64,000 nucleotides of DNA, from the NCBI RefSeq assembly GCF_009914755.1, contig NC_060929.1; one strand, given 5' to 3'. The notes under the pieces were generated by a model. It did not search any database. It saw nothing but the letters and a program-made list of their open reading frames with translations, and was not told the DNA's origin. Each line of letters starts with the position of its first letter. The first letter of the stretch is position 1. This DNA comes from the human T2T-CHM13v2.0 reference genome, Homo sapiens. The position numbers and the translations under genes were made by a program. Positions 1-15,944 of this stretch are shown here, piece by piece.

Positions 1-2570
<2,570 letters not shown>

Positions 2571-2599
2571 TAGCATCATGAACACCCCCTCCTCATGTT

Positions 2600-2850
2600 C
2601 CTTTCCCCACACCCTGTTTTATTTCTTTTTATAGAATTTCTCAGTATGTGATTTTTTACGTATATATACATAAATACCTCTTTATTGTCTGATTCTCTTC
2701 CTGTATTATTTGCTCCTTGAGGTCAAAGACCTCATAGCCTTATTTCACTAATATATTCCCAACACCCAGTACCTGGCACAAGGTAGGAAAGCAGTAACAT
2801 TTATTAAAGAAACTGAAGGACTAAATAAATAAGCCAATGAATGAATTAAT
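2600..2850 (+). mobile_element. L2 3' end relic
   Basis: gctccttgagg...cctggcaca...aatgaatgaat, a typical L2 terminus. Confidence 0.6.
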
Positions 2851-3222
2851 GATAGCATGGAAGATTATTCAACAAAATGTTTTATGGATATAACCAGCTG
2901 ATGAGATCATGGATAATAACATTCTTCTATGTACATTTTTCTACTTATGCTTAATATCACTTGCAATATCTACACATATATGCATATTCTTTAGAATAAA
3001 AGAATATTTTCAATGTTTTGTTTATATATTTGAGGGTTTGAAACAACTTAAGAGCAACATTAGGATAATATTACTTCAAAGAAGCTTGTGAAGGAGGTAT
3101 TGGGCAGAGAAATCCCACTGAAAAATTACCTTAAATGTTCACTGCAGTGAGATAAAAGCTTTAGATACCAGAAAAATGAAGAGTGTAAATAATTAACTAT
3201 TAGGAAAATAAATATGTTTGTC

Positions 3223-3519
<297 letters not shown>

Positions 3520-3707
3520 AGATATTTGTCTTTTTAAAAAATATATCAAAATGAGAGGTCAAGCTGGTCCTACCCAAAGTTCTTTACATTCTTTAAATGT
3601 AGGGGAAGGGGCCCTTCCTGAACATGCTACATAAAACCAGTAACATACCTCCCCAAAAAAGTAGCTCTTCTCCTCCTACCCCTTTACATTCTTTAAATGT
3701 AAAGAAC

Positions 3708-3800
3708 CCCAAACCTTAGCATCATGCAATGTACCCTTGTAACAAACCTGCACATATATCCCCTGAATTTAAAATAAAAGTTGAAGTAGATAAATCCACA
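3708..3800 (+). mobile_element. Very short L1 3' end (L1PB/L1PA16-like)
   Basis: cccaaaccttagcatcatgcaat...gtaacaaacctgcaca...aaaataaaagttgaa; flanked by taaagaac at 3700-3707 and 3801-3808 (possible TSD). Confidence 0.75.
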
Positions 3801-4283
3801 TAAAGAACAAACTTTTTATGGCCTTAATTGCCTGAACCTAAATTTCATTCAGAATTCAGAGTTCTGCGCATGATACAATAAAGGAACATTCAGATGTGAT
3901 TTCCCCTGCAAAGTATATACAGAGATTCCAAATAGTAAGTTATAGCTCTTCCTCACATGATGCTCACTAATTTACACACAAAGACATTCTGCATGTTCGT
4001 GCTATTCTATAATCTTACTCACAAGGGAGATTTCCATTTGGAAAAAAAAAGTAAATTATGAAAATTTTCCTCAGTGTCAGTATATGTAATTTCTATGGTA
4101 AATATAAAAATTACAGGATATTCAGTTATAATTCCCACCCAATTTATTCAATAATTAAGTATTGAGTGAGTCTTATATGCTAACAACTATGCTAGATCAT
4201 GAATTGTCTGAGTATGAAAATAAATGTTAACAGGTTTCTAGCCTTCAAAGACCCATGGCCTTTCTCCCATTAAGAAAAGAACC

Positions 4284-4512
4284 TAGGTGGGAATTGAACA
4301 ATGAGAACACATGGACACAGGAAGGGGAACATCACACACCAGCGCCTGTTGTGGGGTGGGGGGAGGGAAGAGGGATAGCATTAGGAGATATACCTAATGT
4401 TAAATGAAGAGTTAATGGGTGCAGCACACCAACATGGCACATGTATACATATGTAACAAACCTGCACGTTGTGCACATGTACCCTAAAACTTAAAGTACA
4501 GTTAAAAAAAAA
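4284..4512 (+). mobile_element. 5'-truncated L1PA 3' UTR (about L1PA4-6)
   Basis: taggtgggaattgaacaatgagaacacatggacac...gtaccctaaaacttaaagta plus poly-A; aaaagaac on both flanks. Confidence 0.92.
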
Positions 4513-4612
4513 AGAACTATTTGTCTTGAAGTTATGTAATGTAGGAGTTAAACCACAGAAAAGCACAAGCTTTGACATCAGACCAAGTAGATCAAAATTC
4601 TAACTCACTCTT

Positions 4613-4938
4613 TTTCTTTTTCTTTTCTTTTTTTTTTTTTTTTTTTTTAGAGACAGGTTTCACTCTGTTGCCCAGGCTGGAGTACAGTGATGTGATCATA
4701 GCTCCTTGCAGCCTCAAACTCCTGGGCTCAAGCAATCCTTCCACTTCAGCCTCTTGAGTAGCTAGAATTACAGGTGCACATCATGATGCCCACCTAAGTT
4801 TTAAATATTTAAAACTTTTTTGTAGATGGAGTCTTATTATGTTCCCCAGGTTACTCTTGAACTCCTGGCCTCAAGCAATCCTGTTGCCTAGGCTTCCCAA
4901 AGTGCTGGGATTACAGGTGTGAGTCAGCACACCCAGTC
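4613..4938 (-). mobile_element. Alu (AluJ-like)
   Basis: Diverged Alu with J-type gatcatagctc..gcagcctcaaactcctgggctcaagc; exact TSD ctaactcactctt at 4600-4612 and 4939-4951. Confidence 0.94.
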
Positions 4939-5134
4939 CTAACTCACTCTTATAATACATATATGCTATTCCATTGTATGGATGTAGCAGTATTTATCCA
5001 ACCAGTCCCCTATCGATATAGTATGCATTCAGTGTTTTCTGTAATGAGGTGACATAAGACAGTGTTGCAACAAACACCCCTGCACATAGAGCCTTATGTT
5101 CTGATGTGTTTATTTACACAGAAATTAAAAGCAA

Positions 5135-5835
5135 TAGCCTCCAGATTGCTGCAATAGTCTAACTAGTGTGCCTGTTCTGTCCTTGTTCTTTTATCATGCA
5201 CATAAAAATTAAAACTTAGACTGTGTCAGTCTTCTGCCCCAATCCATCAGTGGTCTGTCAGTTCTCTTAGAGCAAAAGACAAAGTCCTTCGATGACCTGT
5301 GTCTTTCTGTGAATTGCTCATCTTCACCCTCGGTATCATTTTGACCCCATCTCCTACCACTCCCCACCACAGTCGCTTCACTCCAGACACACTGGCCTCA
5401 GCACTATTCCCTGAATCCAACACGACGCAAGCCCTCACCTTAGAATTTCTTGCATTTGCTTGTTCCCTCTACTTGGAGCTGCCTTTGCTTAGGTATCTGC
5501 ATGCCCCACTCTCTCACATTCTTCAGGTCTCCACTCAAATGTCACCTTCTCAGCGGCGCCCTTCCTGAACATGCTAAATAAAACCAGTAACATACCTCCC
5601 CAAAAGAAGTAGCTCTTCTCTTTCTACCTCACCTTATTTTGTTCAAAGCATTAATTACATCTGACATACTTTGGATTGACTTGTTTATTTGTTTATTTTC
5701 TGTTTCCAGTCCTACTCCAAATAAGAGTACCACCCACAGGGGTAAGGACTTACTTTTTCTACTGCCATATCTCTGGTAACTAAAATTGTGCCTGGCACAT
5801 ACTAAGTGCTCACTTGATTTTTATTAAATGAATTG
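5135..5835 (+). mobile_element. L2 (L2a-like) 3' region
   Basis: ttcaggtctccactcaaatgtcaccttctcag..., gtgcctggcacatactaagtgctc, terminal aaatgaattg. Confidence 0.8.
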
Positions 5836-7324
5836 ATAAAGGAATTAAAGAGCCTTAAAGCTTGGCTAGATGCTACCAGATTAATCTCCCCAAAATGTTG
5901 CTGCAATCAATATTTTTCTGCAAGATGTAAGAATGATTGTAACTACTTCCCCATACTTTTACCAACTCTAGACATTATCGATCTTTTTATTATTTATGTA
6001 TGTACTTATTGTCTAAAGGATAGTTGCAGCTTTTATCAAATAAATGTGAAACTCTAATGTGTAACCAAACATACGTATTTAATTTACTTCTATATGCTCC
6101 TAAGTGACACACTGCAAGAATGCAAACAGAAACAATGCAGATAACTGAAGTTCTGAGCTAGGTTTTTAGCTCCAACAATTAAAATGCAAATCAAATACCT
6201 CTTCAAGGAGACCTGTCTAAGGAAGCAATCTCTCAGTTTCAAGGAAGTATCTTTCAGCCAGCACCATCCTTCTGTGAAATAAGCAGCTTCTTTGGCAAGT
6301 CTGAAAGAAAGAATGGGGAAAATGAGAGGATCACTCATTATAACTGCCCTCCTGGAGTTCTTTCAAGAATATGCTTCCATGACAGATAAAGGGAATTCAG
6401 AGGCTAAGAGGCACTCTGTTAAGATTTACAGGCAGCTCTGGCATAGATCCAGATGCAAGATAAATAACAAATGTGCACGGGAAAAGAAGGATGTGACAGA
6501 GTGAGAATATCCTTCATATGACATGAAAGGTAGTGATTCTGGGGATGCAAACTCAGCCTGTTGAATAGTCCTTGAAAATGGCATTTTAAAAGAACATCGA
6601 GCAGTTGGAAGACCTATGGGGAAATTGACAGAATCCAGAACTAGACAGTCATGTTGGAGTATTGTGAGGCATGGATTTTTCTTTAAAAAAGTCTCAGTGT
6701 TAAAAGATAATTTCCATTTGTAGTATAGAAATTACAAAGTCGGGTCATTTTTGGATAATTCTGAGTTAATAAAATGAGAGCATAAACCAAAATTAACACT
6801 AAATTCACTCATTTTTTATTTTCAAGTTATTCTTTTCTCTTATATTTAACAGGGTTTTGGGAAGGAAGACAGGTACCTTTCCAAATTGCAAACTACAGAT
6901 GTCCTACAAAACCCTGAAATATTCAGGCCTACTTCAGAAATTAGCCAAATTCCCCATTTTGGAGATAAAACTTAAGTTGGAGGTAGAGCCAATAAAAAGA
7001 TAAAATATTGCCAGACTACAGAAAATTCAGATGATTTCAATGATGTTGCCAACAGATGGCAAATGCAGGGCAGTGGAAGATAATGCCAAAATAATTACCT
7101 CTCAAGCCAGAAGCCAAACTAGGGAGTCTACTCTGAGAAATAATCATTCTACTCACTGCTCAGGGAAAGGACATGCACACACACAAATATTAGGAGGAAA
7201 ATAATCAAATCTATCGAAATAAAGGAAGAGTACTGAGATTAAATTATTCTATCAAAGGAAATGGAAAAAGAGAAAGAATAGTTTAGATATGCCTCTTAAG
7301 AATAACATTGTATGAAAGTAATTC

Positions 7325-7570
7325 AATAATAATAATGTTTGCCTTTTTAAAGCCATATGTGCTAGACCTTCTGTCAAATGCTTTTATAAGTATTTTCTCA
7401 TTCAACTCAGGATAATGCTGTGAGCTTGATTTTATTATTACTCAGATTTTACTGGGGGATAAAGAAGTTAAGTTCTCTTTCCAAGGTCACATAACTTGTA
7501 AGTGGTGGAGCCAGGATCCACTACTAGACATTTTGACTACAGAGACTACACTCTTCGATATTACACTGTG
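7325..7570 (-). mobile_element. MIR
   Basis: ccaaggtcacataacttgtaagtggtggagccaggat is the reverse of the MIR core. Confidence 0.75.
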
Positions 7571-7790
7571 TATAAGGTCAAATTTTACAGGTAAACAGCT
7601 AAAAAGCAGCTTAACTTTCTATCTGAACCCAACTATATAAGCCTGGTACATGACAATGTTACTCTGTTCACCTGAGACTCAAAGACTCATTGATCCAAAC
7701 ATTTAATTGGCACTTACTGTATCACAAATGTCATATGAGGCACTAGGGAGAAGATAATTTCAGCTCAGGAAGAGTATATTGTGTAGTGGG

Positions 7791-8193
7791 TGGCATTAGG
7801 CCATTCTTGCATTGCTATAAAGAAATACCTGAGACTAGGTAATCTATAAGAAAGAAGTTTAACTGGCTCACAGTTCTGCAGGCTGTACAGGAAACATAAT
7901 GCCAGCATCTGCTTCTGAGGAGGCCTCAGGAATCTTTTACTCATGGTGAAAGGCAAGGCAGAAGCAGGAAGTTCACATGGTGAAAGCAGGAGCAAGAGAG
8001 AAAGAGTGAGGAAGAGGAACCACACACTTTTAAATGACAGGCTCTTGCAAGAACTCACTATCATGAAGACAGCATCAAGCCATAAGGGATCTGCCTGCAG
8101 GATCCAAACACCTCCCACCAGGCCCCATCTCCAGCATTAGGGATTCCAATTCAACATGAGATTTGGGTGGGGACAAAAATCCAAACTATATCA
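7791..8193 (-). mobile_element. MST-family (MSTB-like) MaLR solo LTR
   Basis: attaggccattcttgcattgctataaagaaatacctgagact...catgagatttgggtggggaca...aaactatatca; 5-bp TSD gtggg/gtgga. Confidence 0.9.
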
Positions 8194-8199
8194 GTGGAG

Positions 8200-9830
8200 A
8201 ATAAGATAGATATGTTAACAAATAATCATAATGCAATGCAAGAAATGGCATGCTAGCAGATACATTCATGGGAAGGTGGGAAGAAAGAAAGGGATGAGAA
8301 GTAACTGAAAGAAATAAAACAGAATATCCAAAGACATTAAGTTGGCATTCATAAAAAAATTCAAATATGGAATGCAGACTGTGACAAAAGAACATAACTA
8401 TTAAAAATGCATGAAAAAATGCATGGAATAACTTTGCTGAAGAGTGTGCTCATCTAAGTAACTTTGGAAAGGAGTGAAGACTGTAAGACTAAATACAAAG
8501 GAACCTAACATAAGCACTATACTCTCCTTGATAAAGTTGTTTTCCCTGGGGATATAGTTAACAGGTATTTTAAAACTACATGTGTATATTGTAATTTTAC
8601 AATAAAGTAAATGGATGATGGATGATGAGAGCAAGATTTCTCACTATTGGAGTGGTAGATAACAGACAAGCAAAGGGACAAGACAAGAAAAATCCATGTG
8701 GTAATGTTTACAGTTGGGAACATCAGTATGAACTCCTGTCTAGCTTAATACAGATGCAGATGGAAATGTTTAGGGATGTGCTTGTGTGTGTGTTTATGCA
8801 CAACTTAGCATACACACATGTATTTTCTTGTTCTGTCAACTATAACGGTCTACAAGAGACAATACACTAGTAGCAACACCTAAAGCCCAGATCTTGGTTT
8901 CTGATACCTTTCTCCAATAAAGGAACCAAATATCTTTAGAGAAATATCTGATTCTAGGACTGCGGCAGTAAATGTACAAGATGAGTCTGGAGCATGTTAT
9001 ATTCAAGAATAAAAAGAAAGAAATCCACATGGATAGGTTTATAACAAAATAATGGCACATGAGCTAACTGCAAGAGCTCCTAATGGCCAAAGCAGGAAGA
9101 GTAATGATAAAATTATTTTCGATTATAACCTAAAATATAAAATAAATATCCATTAACCCATATTAATATAAATAGCTAATTAAATAAATAGATGAGAGAG
9201 AACTAATAAGTTTCTCATGCTGAAGAATTCCAAATAATTTACAAAGATACCCCATTCTCAAGGAGGAGAAATAGAACTCTATAATAGAGAAACCTGACAA
9301 ACACTACTTCAGCCAGATAATCAAGGTTAATATCAACAGTGGTTGCATATGTTGATTAGTATGTGCCCCTGCTATGACATGATAATAATGACACTTTGCT
9401 TCTGTGGTCTCCCTCCCAAATTCCCATAACACCAGTATAATCATAAGCAAATTACAATATAAATCACTACTGAAAAATGTTCTACAAAATGCATGAACAG
9501 CATTCCTTCAAAACCATCAAAGTCAACAAAATCAAGCAAAGTCTGAGAAGCTGTCCCAACTAGGAGGAGCCTAAGGAAACAGGGCTATGTGAAATGTAGT
9601 ATCATAGATAGAATCCTAGAACAGAAAAAAGACATTAGGCAAAAACTAAGAAAATATGAGGAAAATGTGAACTTTAGTTGATAATAATGTGTCAGTGTTG
9701 GCTCATTAATTGTAATAAGTATATCATGCTAATGTAAGATATTAATAATAGGTAAAATCAGGTGTGGGGTATCTATCTGCACAACTTTTGTATAAATCTA
9801 AAACTATTTTATATTTAAAAGTTTATTAAA
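8200..9830 (+). mobile_element. Old L1 3' UTR (L1MC/L1MD-like)
   Basis: gaatcctagaacagaaaaaagacattagg...aatgtaagatattaataatagg...aaatctaaaactatt, a typical L1MC/MD end. Confidence 0.75.
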
Positions 9831-10309
9831 ATCAAAGATCCATCACAAAAATTAAAAAGAATTCAAAGAATGTGGAAAAGAAAATTAAATATTTTTACAT
9901 TTATGAGATTTTATAAAAAGAAAAATAGCATTCGTTGAATATGTACCTCCAAATATTAAGAAAGTAAGTACCCTAGAAACATATATACATGAGAAAGATG
10001 AACATTTATCCTCAATATACAAAAAATTCAAAGAATAGAGCAACTTTTTAGCAAATTCTGAGAGGTAGAAGAACTTCTGGGGAAAAAAAAGGCTTAAGCA
10101 AAGAGTTGCGGGATAAACTAATCTGAACTTCCTGAAGTGGATAGAATTTGTATTACTGAAGGATAAGATTGTCTCCTTGAATGGCTCTCTCTCTGTCAAT
10201 TTCTAGAAGTCTCTTTCTTATTTTTCTTATCAAAACATTAAAAAAGATGAGCCTGAAATGAACTACCAACAACTGAATTAACTATGGTCAATTTTCACAG
10301 TAGTTGAAC

Positions 10310-10470
10310 ATAATAGGATCATGGAATCTCAGAGCAGGTAAAATCACCAGGGTCAACCCCTCATTGTGAGGAAACTGAGACCCAGAGAGATAAGGTGTCT
10401 TGTCCTACAAAATAGGTATAACTGGTGACTCATTTGACACTAGAGCCAAGTTTTCTTTAACTGCAGGACC
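10310..10470 (-). mobile_element. MIR/MIR3 fragment
   Basis: aacccctcattgtgaggaaactgagacccagagag core. Confidence 0.6.
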
Positions 10471-12359
10471 ATGCTTTTACCCATGTATGACACCAGTGAT
10501 GGAAAATAACTGCTACATGTTACTTCTTGCAGCCATTCCTTACTTCCTTACCTTTCTCTCTTTCTCTCTCTCTCCAATGTTTGTCTATCACAATACATTT
10601 TCTAACAGAGCAGATAGAGAGGTTAAAATGCCCTCTACCCTATGCATCCCATAGTCTAGATAATGAATAAACTTATATTCCATCCTTAAAGACAAAATGT
10701 TGTACTAGTATAAAGCAGCTATGCCCTAAGGTGACAAGTTAATCCTGGAACCAAAGCACACCACCTCACACCAACATGCTTCAGACCATAATAAACTCAG
10801 AAACTTCATTAAACTAATGTTTGCTTATTAAGCTGGAACCAATTAAAAGTAATCAGACAAAAAAGAGTGATCCATTTCTTCTAATACATTAATTCAATTT
10901 GGATGAAAATAAGCTATACCTCAAATTAATCACTTCAATGGGAGTTGGTTAAAATGGCTAGGTTTTCTAGCCCATCAATTTTAAAACTAAAATGAAGAAA
11001 AACACAAAAGCAGTTTAATTTCAATAAAAGTACAGCTTTGAACCTCAAAATAATCAGATATTGAGCAGACGCAGCTATTTTTCCAACTTATATTCTAATT
11101 AGTTTTCTCTGGTCTAAAACTGATAACGCACCCTATAAACTTGCAAATTTAGTAATTATCTGTAAAAATCTTTTTCTTTAAATAGCTTGGGAGTTGTCTG
11201 CTGGGACTAAAAATATATGCAACCGATACAGAAATGTTTAAAAGTGAAAAATTTGCCTGTCTGAAATGTACTTAGAAATATGAAAAATCTGTGCTTAAAT
11301 AAGTTGCTTCAAAATTGCCTCATTTCAAATTTATTAAACTTTCAAAATCTCAAAGACAAAAGAAAAATGTCAGCAGTTGATGGTAAGCAAGCATAAACTT
11401 TATATTGTTATAATGTTTCACAAACCACAAAATTTGAATTTCAGAGCAGAAAAAAATCTTTGCAACCACCTAACCCCAATTTTCACATTTGTGCAACGTA
11501 TCCACAGAGTTTAAGTAATTTTCTAGGAGGCACACAAGTAGTTGGGATTAGATCCCAAGGGTTTTGCCTGTTGGTGCAACACTTGCCACCTTTTTCATAA
11601 TAACATGCAGCCCCCTCAGTTTCTTGTCTTCATAGATGAGTGGCTGCCATTCCTTATATAGTATGAAACCTTCATTCTCGTATTCTCATGTGTGTTTTCT
11701 TGGTTTCACTTCACCCTAAAAGTCGACACTATTTACTTTGGGATCTTTATTTCTTCAAGGAGAAAAATACGTGACTATTTGCTCTATAGCTTGAATCAAT
11801 AGGTCTAAAATATAATAAACCTTTTTCTTTTCCTCTCAGCATCAGGTGACAGTAAGTAAAGTATATTTTGCAGACACAGGATAAACAAAAGAAAATATGA
11901 CAGTGAATGCTAATTAAAAAATAATCATGTTAAGTACAGTGCCCTCGATGACAACACATTTGGCTTGCTGGTTAATTCTAGGTGCCAGAGTGAGACTTTT
12001 TGACTTCAAAGCCTTCTTCTTCCACTGTTCAGCTGTGTGACCGGAAGTTACACCCTATTTTTATAGTTGAAAATAGATAGGTAGATAACATAGAAAGAGA
12101 TAGAGTCATAAAATCAGAGCAAGGAAGTTCAGTAAAGTCCCTGGTGTTTCCCACAAGGACTGCCTTAATGCTTCTTTTAGAAATACCAAATAACAAATTA
12201 TTTCATTATCTTTTATCACTCTCGGCTTTACCAAACATTTTTGGCTTGCCTATTATGCAAGCCAGGGCTACTAACACAGTTCCTTAATATTTCTAAGTCC
12301 CAGGTCTCCTCATCTATAATGCTTACTCACAGAATTTAATGAGACAGTAAATAGTCTGC

Positions 12360-12822
12360 TGTAAGTTGTCTGTTGAGATTTGGAAGCCTTTTCACCCTTT
12401 TCTGTACTTTCCCTTTTACAGCAAAGACTAGAAGCTTAAGAGCTGGATTTCCCAGGCTCCTTTATGGACAGGATTCTGGATACAGATTAGGTTCTACCAA
12501 TTTTGGTGAGTTTGTAAGACAGAAGGTGGCCGAAGCATATTTCTCTTCCTCTGGCAGTGACAAGCAGTCGTTTGACCTTCTCTCCTTGAGTCACCTTCCT
12601 TGATGCTACACATTTTATAAATTTTCTCAACATGAGAAAAAGCAGCAATTTCCTGATCCTCTAAAAATCTACAGCAAATAGAAAACAAGTGACAGCCTTT
12701 CCTGACCTTCACTCTTGGAGACCATCCAGTGGTTTTCTAAGCACCTAATCCCCTGTATTAAATTCCTTTCTTCTCAAAATAGTTAGGGTGGTATCTGTTT
12801 CCTGACTGACCTCACTGATAAA
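12360..12822 (+). mobile_element. ERVL solo LTR (LTR33-like)
   Basis: gatttcccaggctcct...taggttctaccaa...cccctgtattaaattcctttc...tctgtttcctgactgac; interrupts a MIR relic. Confidence 0.55.
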
Positions 12823-13919
12823 CACATAATGTATCCATCACAGCACCTTGCTCTCATAGGCACTCAATAAAGGATTGCTTGAAAACAGCAGCAGGAGTAG
12901 CAACGCCAACAGTATTAGTAGAGGCAGTAAACTCAGTCTCCACTTTCTCTAACAAAACAAGAATAGCGGACTATCCAAATTAGGGAAAATTCTGGATTAT
13001 GGCTCTCATAAGAGAAATATTACATTAGTATTTAGAATTAGATATAGTAGTTTAATTCAGCTATCATGTTATTTTGTAGAACTATGTTTGGGTTTGCAAG
13101 TATTGTTTGTGCATTTTATGTTCATGTGATTTGGAGAAATGATTTTTAAGCAAAAAAAAAAACAGCATATCTGTGTTCAAATCTCACTCAGCCACTTACT
13201 AACTGTGATTTAGCACAAGTCAACTTTCTATGCATTGTTTTCCAACACAAAATAAAATCGCTGAAACAAATGCTCATAGAGGGTCTGCTCAGCTGTTTAA
13301 TGCTGTGCTTTTAGAACTAAGTATGTGAAGGCTTTTAAGGTCCTTGAAAACTAATGCCGGAAGTGATTTAAATATTCCCCTGAAACCATATGTATGTGAT
13401 TAATTTTCCTAAGGAAGAAAACATTTGCATATCAAAAGGTATTTTTCATTTTAATATAGCCTAGCTCCTGTCCCAATTACTATCAAATTTTTATTAATAA
13501 AATAATGTTGTCTCATTTCAACCAATTTACAGTCAAGAGAAAAGAGACAGACCTGAAAAGTATCCATTTATTCCATTCATTCCAAGGATATCTCAGAGGG
13601 CAATAATATACTGGTCTTTTCAATCATCAAAAACCATACAAACAGTAGCTTCTGGCAAAAAATAAAATAAAATAAATACATTTATAAGGCGGGGACAGAT
13701 AGAGAGAGAGGGACACAAAGACACAGAGAGAGAGAGATGAAGAAAAAGACAGAGAAAAAGACAGAGGGAGGTAATATGAAAATATTTTGAAAAGTGCAAA
13801 GCACTGAATGAATGTAAATATAAGAGGTTTCAACCACCTATCTGAAGAAATCACCAATCAATGAAATCCATTTCTTTATTCTGCTAGAAAATTTAAGTTC
13901 TCTAACGCAGTCCAGCATA

Positions 13920-14165
13920 TATTGATTAGAGCATAAATTCTGGGTAAGAGCAGACATGGAGTTGAATTTCAGATTCAGTAATTACTAGCTGTTTGATTGT
14001 AAACAATTTAATTTTCATGAGCTTCAGCTTCATATTAGTAAAAGGAAAACAATAATAGTAATCGCATAGAATTGTTTGAATTAACTAACAAGATTCATGT
14101 ACAAACATGGATAACACCTATTAAGGTATTTACTATATAGCAAATGCTCCTTACGTGTTAGTTAC
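13920..14165 (+). mobile_element. MIR
   Basis: ttactagctgtttga...gagcttcagcttcatattagtaaaagg..aataatagta. Confidence 0.65.
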
Positions 14166-14769
14166 TCACAGAAATCACTCCTCCAACCAACCTGCTGTTT
14201 CATTTCATGAACTATCTTTTGCTATCCCACTGGTATCTTTTTTTTGGCAATTTTATTATTATAAGCCTAGCTCTAAAGGATTAAACTGATTTCAGTTTTC
14301 ACCACTCTGGACCTGTGAAGAGATGCTAGAAGGAAAAAAAATTGAATTCAGAAAGTAAATTCAACTTATTAAGTTGAAACCAAAATAGAATTATAAAGGA
14401 AAAGTTTGGTTTTGGTTTCAATTGGTGATTAGGAATACTCTATTCTGTCACAACTCAATCTTTTCATCTATTTTTGTTTTCAGCAGGTTCTGGGCCATCC
14501 AGTTCTAATCTCCTTTATAAGAACGTACTTTCAGCTGGAAAAATACCAACATGTGAACTGCTCAGATTACCTTTAGTGACACACAGAATTTCTCAAATCT
14601 AAAGGAAAGGGTCAAAAGATGCAAATCCAAGGGGCCTTGGAAAAATATTTTTAATATACCAATAAATTGGTGCTTTGTCAGTCAGATTTCTCCAAATGTG
14701 GTCCATGGCCCATCGTGGGCTGCCACAATCTCCACGGTGGGCCATGGTCTTTTCCAACTCAATGGAGTT

Positions 14770-15165
14770 GGAACAAATATTTACTAAGCATAGTATGTGC
14801 CAGAAACTATTCGATACTCAAGATACAGTGATAAATAAAACAGAAAAAGTCCTTGATCTATTGGACTTATATTCTAGTATCTAGAGACAGACACATAAAA
14901 ATTAATAAGTAATATATTATCTGGCAAATGATACAAGTGCCTTAGAGAAAAATAAACAGGAAAGGGGAATAGAAATACCATGATAGGAAGAGAGGCTCAA
15001 TTTTAAATAGTGTGTTCAGTGGAAGCTTCAGCAAGATGATAACATTTGAGAAAAGACCTAAAACAGACGAGTAGCAAGTCTTTTGCATATCTGGGGAAAG
15101 AGTATGGTAGGCAGAAAGAGGATCAAGGCAAAAACATTGGGGTGAAAAAGTACATGCAGGCCATG
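14770..15165 (-). mobile_element. L2 fragment
   Basis: aacaaatatttactaagcatagtatgtgccag...gataacatttgagaaaagaccta. Confidence 0.75.
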
Positions 15166-15944
15166 TGGCCAATCTTTTCTTATTAAACTATCTTTTACAT
15201 TGAATGAGCCATGGGATATGTCAACCTTCCCAAAATGAACTCCTTTCAAAAACCTGGAAAATCTTCAGATGTACTTTTGTAAGACGAGCCCTGGACAGTG
15301 GACACCCAGGAAAATTATTCAGAATGACAATATGATGCAATTTTTTAAGTCTAAATGAATATCACATCCAGCTATTGTGGTCACTGCTACTTAAATGTAG
15401 AAAATAGAACCCCTCTGAGTAAAGACTAAAGAATAGCAATCATGCAATATGGCACTCATTCAACAGTTAGTGAAATATTTATAAGCATGCACTATGTTTC
15501 ATGTATTATTTTTGTATTATCAAAAATACAAATAAGAAGATTGCATTTACTAGCATCTTGGTCTTGGCTACATAACAAGGACATGTACACATAGTCATGT
15601 GATAAAACAATTCAAGCACATGGAATCAACCTTCCACACCGCCAAGCACCATCACCAACATTCTGGAGAAAATTTTCTTTGGAGTCTTACACTACAGATA
15701 TGGTCATCTCCATTCACAAACAATCAGGAGATTACCTATTTAATATTATTCACAAGTACTAGATAGCATCAATTCTGAAAATAGATACAGACAGATTAGA
15801 TTATTCTTTTTTAACGGAGGTGAGTTTCCCATGAAGCAAAGCAAGAAATAAAGAGGTATTTTGCAGGAAAAAATTTCCAATTATTCTTTGGCTGGACACT
15901 TCTTTGGATTTTGTGGATGAGGAAAAGAGAATACACAATTCCCC

